From the IMG/VR virus record IMGVR_UViG_3300035148_000128, positions 1 through 40,627 of that record: a DNA stretch of 40,627 nucleotides. One strand, written 5' to 3'. This stretch comes from a virus (taxonomy: Duplodnaviria; Caudoviricetes). Numbering within the stretch: position 1 is the stretch's first letter; each line of letters begins with the position of its first letter. A model generated the notes under the pieces. The model was not told the origin of the DNA. It searched no databases and worked only from the letters and a program-made list of their open reading frames with translations. Shown piece by piece: positions 1 through 7,914 of this stretch. Position numbers and translations under genes: made by a program.

Positions 1-70
1 ATGCAGAGGGGGGGTCCACTTTGAATAGACCCCTCCCCCTAACAGAAATTAATCTCGCCCTACCATTTAC

Positions 71-307
71 TCAATCTTCATTTGTCACTTTGATATAGAC
101 GCCGGTAATGTTTTCCTTAATGATCTCGTCCATTGCCAAATCGATGGCTAGATCCTGATCTTCATCTGACAATTCTTCAGAAGTAAACACAAGTCTTGCA
201 AGCAAACCAGTTGTGTGATAGCCATGTGACTCATCAAACGCATACCATGAGTCGAAGTCTGTGAATGGATTGTAAGGATTGTCAGTCGTAGTAACCATGT
301 AGTCCAT
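71..307 (-). CDS. Small acidic hypothetical protein directly downstream of the RNA polymerase-like gene
   Basis: 78-aa ORF with AGGA RBS; motif TTTDNPYNPFTDFDSWYAFD; last gene of the minus-strand operon. Confidence 0.8.
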   Translation of the reverse strand: MDYMVTTTDNPYNPFTDFDSWYAFDESHGYHTTGLLARLVFTSEELSDEDQDLAIDLAMDEIIKENITGVYIKVTNED

Positions 308-325
308 AGTAGTTCCTATGTATAG

Positions 326-2992
326 TCAGGACTCAGCCAACACTCGTTTCAGTGTGCTAACTGATACGCCCAAAGCCTCGGCCACCTCAGCCTGTGTGCG
401 CCCCATTCGAAGCATAGTCTGGGCCCTTCTCATAGAGGCGGGGGGTAGTGCTTGCTTAGGCTTGGGTGCTGCTAGAGTTTTAACAGTACTCATGTTTGCT
501 TTGTTCAGAAGCTCTGTCAGTTTGAATGGAGAGATAGCACCTGCCTGAATTGCTGCCCATTCTGAAGGTGTGAAGTCTACCGTGTAAGGCTTCAACCCTA
601 CCCTATTGCGTGCAGTAAGTAGTGCTTGAGACTTTACCTTTTTAGCTTCATCATCTTCCATGTGAGGATTCGCCTCTCGCTTGGCCGCATAGATAGCATT
701 GGCGAATACTTGGGCCTGGCGTTCAAGAGGGCGGTTTCTACGTACCTGGTTTAGTTTAGCGTTCAGACTTGCCACTTCATTGGGGTACGCCTCTTTAGCC
801 TTCTTGCTATAGGGGGTATCTTTAACACTAAGGGTATTCTTTCGCGCATCATTAGCTAGTTTCTTAAGCGCATTAGAATGGGCAGCGTAGATCTCTTCCA
901 TCTTAGTACCGGAAGACAAAGTGAACGCGTCATCAACTACGGACAAACGGTCAACCTTGGTAGTATTCTTAATTGTCTCACCACGTTTGTTCACATGAGT
1001 TTTACCAGTAGGGGTGTAGACAAGACGTCCTGTTGCGGGGTCAATAGGGCCACCTTCAGAGTACTTCCTAAGTTTCCTTTCTTCAACTCTGTAATCTGAC
1101 CCAGCTCTTGTAATCAGAGTTGCGGCCCCAGATCGTGGACCACCTTGATACTTTTCTTTTAGTGCCTTGATGTTATGATCTTTTGCCGATTGCTTATAGT
1201 CTAGTTTATGTTTTTCGGCATCGATAACCACCATAGAATGACGAACAGCCCGAGCAAGTTCTTCTGTAGAGGCGCCCTTCAAAGTCATATCCGAAATAAG
1301 ATTCGTAGCGTTCCCCATCTGCATAGCCTTTTGTTTCTTCGTCATCTCTGGCAGATTGGGGTTATGATACGACGCTTTAGGATCGAAATTCTTCAACCCA
1401 CTCAAAGATGGGGAACTTTTAATATCTCCTCTGTCATTTGGAATAACCAGAACTGCGTCGCCGTCAAAGTCTGCGCCGGAAAGTTTTTCTGCAACTTTAC
1501 TATTGATACCAATAGCATCCCTCGCATTGCCGAGAAGATTCTTGGCATCCTTATGGTTGTTATTTACAACGACATCTGGAATCTCAAAAGTTCCACCATG
1601 CGGAAAGCGGATTAGCGCAACTCGCTCTCCATGCTTATAGTTTGGAGCATAAATCTCTGTCGATTTCAGAGAATTTACTGGGATGAGCACATGATATGAA
1701 GATCTAGGAAGTGCTGCGGCTTTTAGATGAACCGCAGACGAATCCGCGTCATCCGAAAATGACTGAAGAAGCTTCTTTTTCACCGTCGGATTTGTGATAG
1801 CGTTGATCTCGTCAAACTCAGCTTTCATTTTATCATATTTCGATTTCAATTGACGCTGCGCTAGAAGAGTATTCTGCTTCGATAGGACTTGTGGTGAGAG
1901 GGTCCTAGACCAGTCTTCCCAACTGCCTTCTTCATTAACGATGTTCATAACAGAGGAAGGACGTTCTTTCCCATCCTTACCGACTTCAAGTATTTGACGA
2001 GAGACTTTAGCTCCGAAAGGATTTTCCGGATCTACGTTTCCGTCAATGTCCTCCTTATATTTCTTCATTGCGTCTAACTTATTGCCCGTGTTAGATTTAT
2101 TTGTGTTAAAAACAACATCAATGCCTGGCGGAAGGTCGTCCTTATAGATCGCCATCCCTTTCAAATAACGGTCACCCTCAACGGCAATTCTAACCTGTGC
2201 GTATCGAGATTCACCAATGGAAACGTCTTTAACGCCAGGGCGCACGTAAATAAGACCATCTTCAGCAGCGCCACCATCTTCCGCGTATTTGACTTTTACT
2301 CTGTCTGCGGAGAGAACTTTAGGCGGCTTAATGCCATAAAACGTGGAACCGCCATCGTCTGAAAACTCATCGATCTGCTGGATCTTATCTTTGTTCTTTA
2401 CGGCGTCTACGTATGTAGTACCAGGCGGAGTCAGCAGCTTGTATACGGTCTTATTTGCTCCAGTCATCTGGTCTAGCTGAACTTTATGTACTTCGTATCC
2501 TTCGTTCTTTAGAACAGCAACAGCGGCCTTAAGTCTGGTTTCACTAACGCCAATAGTGTTTTCTACACCGCTGCCAATGTCCAGATAAGTCTTTTTATCA
2601 ACCTGACTACGAAGCATATCGACCGTGGCGTCAAGTGCCTTTTTCTTTGTCTCTTGCGCCGGTTTCTGAAGAGAACGAACGGTGCCCCCAGATATGCCAA
2701 GCTCTTTGCCGATCGCCTCGGGACTCATGCCCTCAAGGGAAAGCTTCTCAATCTTGGCGATTCTTTCTTGCTTCTGTTGTTCTCTTGCGATGGTAATACT
2801 TGGCCGCAATTCGGATGTGTTTTTAAAGCCCATCCCTTTGGCAATTTGCGTCTCAGTCATACCTTCTGCGCGCATCTTCGCAATCTTACGAAGAAATGCA
2901 GAACCGCCATCTTCTCCAGATCCCCAAGGATATCTCCCGCTATGCCTAGGGGTACCATAATGTTGGAGATATGCATCCCTTGAAATAAGCAT
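326..2992 (-). CDS. Putative single-subunit two-barrel (double-psi beta-barrel) DNA-dependent RNA polymerase with terminal helix-turn-helix domains
   Basis: 888 aa; KLSGADFDGDAVLV (DxDGD at 1457-1471) preceded by ALIRFPH; HTH-like segments near the N-terminus (TETQIAKGMG, SPEAIGKELGISGGTVR) and at the C-terminus (TQAEVAEALGVSVSTLKR); TGATG overlap with upstream gene. Confidence 0.75.
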   Translation of the reverse strand: MLISRDAYLQHYGTPRHSGRYPWGSGEDGGSAFLRKIAKMRAEGMTETQIAKGMGFKNTSELRPSITIAREQQKQERIAKIEKLSLEGMSPEAIGKELGISGGTVRSLQKPAQETKKKALDATVDMLRSQVDKKTYLDIGSGVENTIGVSETRLKAAVAVLKNEGYEVHKVQLDQMTGANKTVYKLLTPPGTTYVDAVKNKDKIQQIDEFSDDGGSTFYGIKPPKVLSADRVKVKYAEDGGAAEDGLIYVRPGVKDVSIGESRYAQVRIAVEGDRYLKGMAIYKDDLPPGIDVVFNTNKSNTGNKLDAMKKYKEDIDGNVDPENPFGAKVSRQILEVGKDGKERPSSVMNIVNEEGSWEDWSRTLSPQVLSKQNTLLAQRQLKSKYDKMKAEFDEINAITNPTVKKKLLQSFSDDADSSAVHLKAAALPRSSYHVLIPVNSLKSTEIYAPNYKHGERVALIRFPHGGTFEIPDVVVNNNHKDAKNLLGNARDAIGINSKVAEKLSGADFDGDAVLVIPNDRGDIKSSPSLSGLKNFDPKASYHNPNLPEMTKKQKAMQMGNATNLISDMTLKGASTEELARAVRHSMVVIDAEKHKLDYKQSAKDHNIKALKEKYQGGPRSGAATLITRAGSDYRVEERKLRKYSEGGPIDPATGRLVYTPTGKTHVNKRGETIKNTTKVDRLSVVDDAFTLSSGTKMEEIYAAHSNALKKLANDARKNTLSVKDTPYSKKAKEAYPNEVASLNAKLNQVRRNRPLERQAQVFANAIYAAKREANPHMEDDEAKKVKSQALLTARNRVGLKPYTVDFTPSEWAAIQAGAISPFKLTELLNKANMSTVKTLAAPKPKQALPPASMRRAQTMLRMGRTQAEVAEALGVSVSTLKRVLAES

Positions 2993-3549
2993 CAAGAGGC
3001 CTCCGCTCGCATTGACTCGATGATTTTATCAAACGCAATTATTTTATCCATGATGTGGACGATAACACCGGGCTCTGTATCGAACCGTTCAATGTCGTCG
3101 TTTTGATAAATACGAAGATCCATCTCGATGTCAAACGGCTTAACACCATATTCCAGGCAAAACAAGGCCGCATAAACTTCTAGTTGGTGTGGGGATCCTA
3201 AAGTAACCCCAGTTTTGAGATCATGAATTCGAAGAATGTTGTTGCGAAACGAGATTGCATCTGCCGTGCCAAAAGCGTTATTCGAATAATACAAAATTTG
3301 CTCTGGACTCATACGGAAACCAATCGCGTCGTTAACGTATTGGTTCAGAGTCTTTGAAGACCTCGGGAGCTTGATACCAAGGCGGATAGCTTCGCTGGCG
3401 AAGAGATGAAGTTCGGTTCCTTTTTGTGCAGCAAGACTAGTGGCAAAAACAGAAGCCAACTTATCGGGATCGTAATTAATCCAATGATATTTACTAGCGC
3501 TAAGGAAAGCGTGTTGGCCTTGAAGATTTGAATGTTTGTTGAAGATCAT
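2992..3549 (-). CDS. PD-(D/E)XK nuclease (RecB/Cas4-like exonuclease)
   Basis: GTELH ... FGTADAIS ... IHDLKTG ... QLEVYA motifs; start placed at ATG 3549 behind GAGGA. Confidence 0.75.
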   Translation of the reverse strand: MIFNKHSNLQGQHAFLSASKYHWINYDPDKLASVFATSLAAQKGTELHLFASEAIRLGIKLPRSSKTLNQYVNDAIGFRMSPEQILYYSNNAFGTADAISFRNNILRIHDLKTGVTLGSPHQLEVYAALFCLEYGVKPFDIEMDLRIYQNDDIERFDTEPGVIVHIMDKIIAFDKIIESMRAEAS

Positions 3550-3811
3550 ACAAAACATCCTCTTCTGTCTCTGGACTTATAAATGCTGCAAAGGACATCT
3601 CATTTAACAAATTTACATAATAAAATTGATTTGGACGAACCGGAGCTATGTCGCTTCTTTTAACTTCCAACATGCCCCAGCTCGCCCCATACAAGATAAT
3701 TAAATCTGGGATGCCTTGAATGTATCGTTCATCATTCTTCAAGACGATACACCCAGGCAACATAGCGTGTAGCCGTTTGATCAGATATGCTTGATAATCT
3801 CGCTCCCTCAA
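3500..3811 (-). CDS. VRR-NUC / Holliday-junction resolvase-like nuclease
   Basis: E...GIPDLIIL...MLEVKRS...RPNQ pattern; TTG start behind GGAGGA. Confidence 0.8.
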   Translation of the reverse strand: MRERDYQAYLIKRLHAMLPGCIVLKNDERYIQGIPDLIILYGASWGMLEVKRSDIAPVRPNQFYYVNLLNEMSFAAFISPETEEDVLYDLQQTFKSSRPTRFP

Positions 3812-3854
3812 ATTGGATCCTCCAAAAACTAAAAAGATTGTTTAAATCTCTCTT

Positions 3855-3875
3855 CTATTATATACCATGTTTCTC
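3855..3875 (-). promoter_or_regulatory. Divergent copy of the repeated promoter motif, upstream of the nuclease-nuclease-RNAP operon
   Basis: Minus strand GAGAAACATGGTATATAATAG versus consensus AAAAAACACRGNNTATAATGA. Confidence 0.55.
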
Positions 3876-4370
3876 TTACAAGGTTCTGGCGGGAAATTCA
3901 AAAACTTGAAATGTGGGCCAAACAGGGGACGTGGTATGCGCCGATGTAATAATATCGTCGACCAGAAGGCCGTACTTTGTCGCCGCATCATAGGCATCAA
4001 CAAAAAGCATATGGGTCCCAAGCTCTATAACCGAAACTTGCTTTGATGGGTCCCTGGGCGCGCGAATCTGCTTATGATACTTTATAGCAAACCAACGAGG
4101 ACGCCAAACGACGTTCTCGATCCGAACATTCTCTTTGTCGCCATCCAACAATGTGGGTGTGTTGAAATACGAATTAATTGGAGGATCGAAAGCCTGCGCC
4201 ACAAGCTTGGCCAGACTGTGATGACTTGTCCGCCCGTTTTTTGTCAACGAGACGACTGGCGTTCCATCGTGGGTGTAATTAACTCTTACATTGCGGTTGT
4301 ATTTATCGTTACGGACAACACCATCGTTTGAGACACTATAATTTTCATACCCGTCGATTTGTCGCCACAT
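3876..4370 (-). CDS. NUMOD4-domain protein with degenerate HNH-like domain
   Basis: WRQIDGYENYSVSNDGVVRN (NUMOD4); LVAQAF...LLDGDKENVRIENVVW (HNH-like, lacking the usual His). Confidence 0.75.
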   Translation of the reverse strand: MWRQIDGYENYSVSNDGVVRNDKYNRNVRVNYTHDGTPVVSLTKNGRTSHHSLAKLVAQAFDPPINSYFNTPTLLDGDKENVRIENVVWRPRWFAIKYHKQIRAPRDPSKQVSVIELGTHMLFVDAYDAATKYGLLVDDIITSAHTTSPVWPTFQVFEFPARTL

Positions 4371-4391
4371 AGTTGCTCCTTAAGTGCGTGG

Positions 4392-4530
4392 TTGTCAAAT
4401 CCATTGCCAAAACCGTTTCAAAAAACTATTCTATAGTTGTCACTTTCTGTCAGTTTTATTATAAATACTTCACAGAAACATCCCAAGTTATAAAAGTTAT
4501 TTTAATAGAAATTGGCAACGGATTTGACAA
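4392..4530. repeat. 19-bp inverted repeat (one mismatch) flanking an AT-rich spacer of about 100 bp; candidate replication origin
   Basis: TTGTCAAATCCATTGCCAA (4392-4410) / TTGGCAACGGATTTGACAA (4512-4530). Confidence 0.65.
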
Positions 4531-5674
4531 AAGCTTTCTCGTTGAAGTTTTTCTTCCCTTCGAGGGCTTCTCCGATTGCTTTGTCTATGGTCGATTCCGA
4601 TTTCATTACATAATAATACAGTTTCGAATAAAATGTATTCAGCCGATCGATGCGCCCGTACGCCTGTTGTAGTGTCTTATAAGAATAATTTAGAGAATAA
4701 AACAACATCGCGTTTGTGTCGACGCAGTTCCAGCCTTCTGCGCCCGCCGTATATTGAACCAAATAGACCCACGAGTTCTGCTCAGGGATTGGCTCATGCT
4801 TCTGCCCATTCCATTCGGCAACGACATGGTTTGAGCTAAGCGATCTCAAAATTTCTAGTTCATAGTTAAAATTATAGAAAACAATCAAACGTTCGTGTTC
4901 TTGTAGAATCTTAGAAAGATTTAAAAGACGAGATGGATCAGAATTTACAACGCGTCGAAGAACATACAGTAAACCGGCAGCGTCTCTAATGGGCGCGTTT
5001 TTGTAAGGATCCCACCTCTTTTTCAATACCTCAGAATAAAGTTTTACATCATAAGATACTGGAAGATCTTTTACGATTCTCGTCGTGTGTGGCGCGTAGT
5101 CCATACGCACTAGAATTTGCGTTCTTAACTTTAATAACTTTCCCACATGGAGGTAATGTTGAATTTTTGGGAATTTTGCGTAGGGAGAATATACAACGTG
5201 CTGCCTGAGAAAATCCGTACGATTACGATAGTATCCGTTCGCAACGAAGACAGGGATGTAGTCAACCCACGTATCACCCGGGGTTGCGCTGAGTAAAAGC
5301 CATCGATTCCGTTTGGAAATCTTGAGAAATGATTTGACCCACGCGCCACTTCCAACAACTCGTTGTTCATCAAAGAGAAAAAACGCATTTGTGACGTCCT
5401 CGTATTTTGAGATATTATTCCACGAGTCAACGACCAACACACCAGCGAGGGTTGAATCTTTTGATTTGCCTATTCCATAAAATGCGCATTCTCGCTCCCA
5501 ATCCAAAGAGTCTCTCTTCTTCGCCGTAGTAATCACATACAAATTTTTTGGCGATTCGTTCTTTACATAATAGGATATGGCTGTGAAGGTCTTTCCGGAA
5601 CCTACTCCTCCGCATAAAATTTTTCCATTATCCAGCTTTTCGAGAGCAGCTTCCTGGTGCGGGTAAAGTCTCAT
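4502..5674 (-). CDS. Superfamily 2 DNA helicase
   Basis: LYPHQ Q-motif, GGVGSGKT Walker A, FDEQR Walker B, LSATP motif [11 protein letters not shown] motif VI. Confidence 0.9.
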   Translation of the reverse strand: MRLYPHQEAALEKLDNGKILCGGVGSGKTFTAISYYVKNESPKNLYVITTAKKRDSLDWERECAFYGIGKSKDSTLAGVLVVDSWNNISKYEDVTNAFFLFDEQRVVGSGAWVKSFLKISKRNRWLLLSATPGDTWVDYIPVFVANGYYRNRTDFLRQHVVYSPYAKFPKIQHYLHVGKLLKLRTQILVRMDYAPHTTRIVKDLPVSYDVKLYSEVLKKRWDPYKNAPIRDAAGLLYVLRRVVNSDPSRLLNLSKILQEHERLIVFYNFNYELEILRSLSSNHVVAEWNGQKHEPIPEQNSWVYLVQYTAGAEGWNCVDTNAMLFYSLNYSYKTLQQAYGRIDRLNTFYSKLYYYVMKSESTIDKAIGEALEGKKNFNEKAFVKSVANFY

Positions 5675-5922
5675 CACGAGTCGCTCATACCAAACACCAC
5701 GTCATCGTCGAAATGCAAATAAATAATCATGTGTTCTACCATGTACTTTTCCATAGGCGTAATGTTCCATTCCTTCGCGTCGGCATCGGCGAGCCAGAAC
5801 AAATATCGTTTTTGACCGTAGTTAGTTATTTCACCGTTGGAAATCATGAGCGCATTATTCATTCGTTCAACCAGACGCTTCATAACGTCCAGCGGATCTG
5901 CGGATCGCAACTTCTTACTCAC
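5674..5922 (-). CDS. Small hypothetical protein
   Basis: 82-aa ORF with stop/start overlaps on both sides. Confidence 0.7.
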   Translation of the reverse strand: MSKKLRSADPLDVMKRLVERMNNALMISNGEITNYGQKRYLFWLADADAKEWNITPMEKYMVEHMIIYLHFDDDVVFGMSDS

Positions 5923-6128
5923 CCCAGCACCTCTTCAAGTTGAAGCAGAAGAATCAGCATGTTCAGATCGACAATGTAGTTTGAACGCTCAGGGGTAGGC
6001 TCGCGCTTCTCGGCCTCGATTAGCATTCGACGAACCACTGTCAGTTTCATGTCATTCGTCGGAATAAATCCATGATCTCGGATGGCCATTTCGATAGTAT
6101 CCATGATGCGGGCATAACGGTCGACCAT
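5919..6128 (-). CDS. Small hypothetical protein (69 aa)
   Basis: AGGAG RBS before ATG 6128 (MVDRYAR...). Confidence 0.7.
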   Translation of the reverse strand: MVDRYARIMDTIEMAIRDHGFIPTNDMKLTVVRRMLIEAEKREPTPERSNYIVDLNMLILLLQLEEVLG

Positions 6129-6146
6129 AAAAATCTCCTGAAAAGA

Positions 6147-6172
6147 CTGAAACACCGTGTGTGGTGTTTCAG
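6147..6172 (-). terminator. Intrinsic terminator-like hairpin
   Basis: CTGAAACACC-ACACAC-GGTGTTTCAG followed by TCTTTT on the minus strand. Confidence 0.7.
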
Positions 6173-6193
6173 AGGGGTTGGTACTAGTCGAGG

Positions 6194-6403
6194 TCAGCGG
6201 GAAGCGGCCTCAGCCAAGAGGATGTCCATGTAGTCGGCGAGCGACGCCAGGAACAACAGGTCCTGCTCCTTCTCCGGCTTGGACAGCTCCACCGTCGAGA
6301 TGACGATGAGAGCGGCCTTTCGCCCGGAGGTGGTGGCGGGAAGGTTGTTCATGACGCGAACGGACTCGACGCGACGGACAGCGGTGAGGTTGAGGAACTC
6401 CAT
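6194..6403 (-). CDS. Small cassette protein (69 aa)
   Basis: GAAAGGA RBS before ATG 6403 (MEFLNLT...); G/C-ending codons dominate; lies between a promoter motif and a hairpin. Confidence 0.75.
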   Translation of the reverse strand: MEFLNLTAVRRVESVRVMNNLPATTSGRKAALIVISTVELSKPEKEQDLLFLASLADYMDILLAEAASR

Positions 6404-6422
6404 TGTGGGTCCTTTCATAGGG

Positions 6423-6447
6423 GTCATTATAAGCTGTGTTTTTTCTG
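6423..6447 (-). promoter_or_regulatory. Repeated promoter motif
   Basis: CAGAAAAAACACAGCTTATAATGAC on the minus strand. Confidence 0.75.
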
Positions 6448-6455
6448 AAAACCTC

Positions 6456-6476
6456 TGACACCGTGTTAGGGTGTCA
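6456..6476 (-). terminator. Hairpin terminator with CTAACAC loop
   Basis: TGACACC-CTAACAC-GGTGTCA then GAGGTTTT. Confidence 0.65.
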
Positions 6477-6485
6477 TTGGTTTGG

Positions 6486-6644
6486 TCATGCAACAGTCTT
6501 CGTAATGAGGTTGGACAGAGCGAGTGATGCCTCGGAATACCAGATCATGTCGTCGGCGGTCCAAGCGGCCATCGGAATCGTTTCACGGATTCGAATGGCG
6601 GACTTGAGAGTCTCGACGGCCATAGAGTTGGTCAGCGGGATCAT
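6486..6644 (-). CDS. Small cassette protein (52 aa)
   Basis: AAGGAG RBS before ATG 6644 (MIPLTNS...). Confidence 0.7.
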   Translation of the reverse strand: MIPLTNSMAVETLKSAIRIRETIPMAAWTADDMIWYSEASLALSNLITKTVA

Positions 6645-6675
6645 AGCGCGTCTCCTTGTTTGGAGTGGTGTTGAT

Positions 6676-6700
6676 GTCATTATATGCTGTGTTTTTTCTG
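6676..6700 (-). promoter_or_regulatory. Repeated promoter motif
   Basis: CAGAAAAAACACAGCATATAATGAC. Confidence 0.75.
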
Positions 6701-6709
6701 TGAGAAAAA

Positions 6710-6736
6710 CTAAGATACCGTGTTAAGATATCTTAG
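6710..6736 (-). terminator. Hairpin terminator with TTAACAC loop
   Basis: CTAAGATA-TCTTAACACGG-TATCTTAG then TTTTT. Confidence 0.7.
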
Positions 6737-6758
6737 CTTTTTGCTCCTCAGAAGTAGG

Positions 6759-6986
6759 TCACTTCTTGCGTCGCATTGCCCGAGCGTTGTAGTCGCTCAA
6801 GAGCTCCTGGGCAGAGAAGATCCAGAGGGTCTTCGCCAGCGAAGCATCTTCAACGTCTTCACGCCAGCCGTCAATGAGGCCGGCGAGGAACGATGCACGA
6901 TAACTCGCAGGGAAGAAGGGGGTCCTTCTCCGAACCCAAGCGTCAATTACTGCTTTACGCTCGGCGTGGGGCGGGACAGAGGTCAT
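6759..6986 (-). CDS. Small cassette protein (75 aa)
   Basis: ATG 6986 (MTSVPPH...) downstream of the promoter motif; ends before a hairpin. Confidence 0.7.
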   Translation of the reverse strand: MTSVPPHAERKAVIDAWVRRRTPFFPASYRASFLAGLIDGWREDVEDASLAKTLWIFSAQELLSDYNARAMRRKK

Positions 6987-7005
6987 GATAATTCTTTCTG
7001 TAGGG

Positions 7006-7029
7006 GTCATTATAACCCGTGTTTTTTCT
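7006..7029 (-). promoter_or_regulatory. Repeated promoter motif
   Basis: AGAAAAAACACGGGTTATAATGAC; overlaps the TAG of the upstream gene. Confidence 0.75.
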
Positions 7030-7240
7030 ACAAAAAAGAACCATTACGAATATCTTGCAGAATGCCAGCGATCGCCGAATCGCATTTAGCAACTTCGTTG
7101 GTCTCGTCCTCATTCAAAAGGCCTTCTAGAAGACCTTCCAGGAAATTAGCCTTCGCTTCGGTGGTGGGGTGAATCTTGTGCTTCTCCAAAGTCGTGTCCA
7201 TCAGCTCGATGATATATGCACGATACTCAGCAATGGTCAT
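7028..7240 (-). CDS. Small hypothetical protein (70 aa)
   Basis: AAAGGGG RBS; helical amphipathic pattern. Confidence 0.7.
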   Translation of the reverse strand: MTIAEYRAYIIELMDTTLEKHKIHPTTEAKANFLEGLLEGLLNEDETNEVAKCDSAIAGILQDIRNGSFL

Positions 7241-7309
7241 TTACCGCCCCTTTCTTGATGTGGCCGGAAGGCCGAGAGGGAACTAGTCTCTCTCGACCAA
7301 CCTATCACA

Positions 7310-7585
7310 TCAAGAAGCAGGCGTAAAACACTTAATAAATGCCGGATCGGTGTAGACCTTGAAACCCGTCCCAGCCTTAAGAATCCAGTCCCCCGCGAAT
7401 GCCTTGGTCTGTCGATCATTCAGTGGACGGTGAACACGCACCTTAACATAGCGAACCTCACCCTCGGGAGTCGCCATGGTGAAGACGTCGCCCTCGCACC
7501 AAGTCGCCGCATCCTGCATGTTCTCGGCCGTCACTCGAACGGCGTCAACATAAAAGGGGTTACGCATATACCGGTTGGTAATCAA
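7310..7585 (-). CDS. Hypothetical protein, PGDYG-like phage family
   Basis: RYMRNP..VDAVRV ... AGDWILK ... F..CF pattern. Confidence 0.65.
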   Translation of the reverse strand: MITNRYMRNPFYVDAVRVTAENMQDAATWCEGDVFTMATPEGEVRYVKVRVHRPLNDRQTKAFAGDWILKAGTGFKVYTDPAFIKCFTPAS

Positions 7586-7596
7586 TGTATTCTCTC

Positions 7597-7914
7597 TTAG
7601 ATCAGATCGGAAGGAAGGCTAACGAACAACGTCTCGAAAAGTTCTGGAGAGTATGCCCAGAAATTATCTTCTGAATCCTTTACAACATAATAGCCATCAA
7701 GCACGCGGACTGGGCCCTTCGGTGTAACAATTACGAGGTCGCCAGTTTCATGAACGCTGACGCCGGTTGGCGGGATCTCAGAGTTCAAGTTGTTAATGTT
7801 GAAGGCGCCGGCAATGCTAGAGACCCACCTGAAAATTTCAAGAATGGTCTCTTTATCGTTCAGACATTGCATGGCTTCATAATTAAGTGGGCGCTTTCGA
7901 TACAACTTACGCAC
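7597..7914 (-). CDS. Hypothetical protein, PGDYG-like phage family
   Basis: YRKRP..YEAMQ ... TPKG ... DGYYVVK ... FWAYSPELFETLF; GTG start at 7914 inferred. Confidence 0.65.
   Translation of the reverse strand: MRKLYRKRPLNYEAMQCLNDKETILEIFRWVSSIAGAFNINNLNSEIPPTGVSVHETGDLVIVTPKGPVRVLDGYYVVKDSEDNFWAYSPELFETLFVSLPSDLI

Noticed and set aside
2992-3549. CRISPR-associated Cas4
   Set aside because: PD-(D/E)XK motifs are present, but there is no four-Cys Fe-S cluster pattern or cas context
6404-6493. Long N-terminal extensions of cassette ORFs, including starts at the ATG in TATAATGA
   Set aside because: Extensions cross promoter or terminator motifs, and downstream starts have clear Shine-Dalgarno sequences; leaderless initiation cannot be fully excluded
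7237-7419. 60-aa ORF bridging two genes
   Set aside because: Overlaps 7310-7585 out of frame and has no RBS; the gap is better explained by the stem-loop
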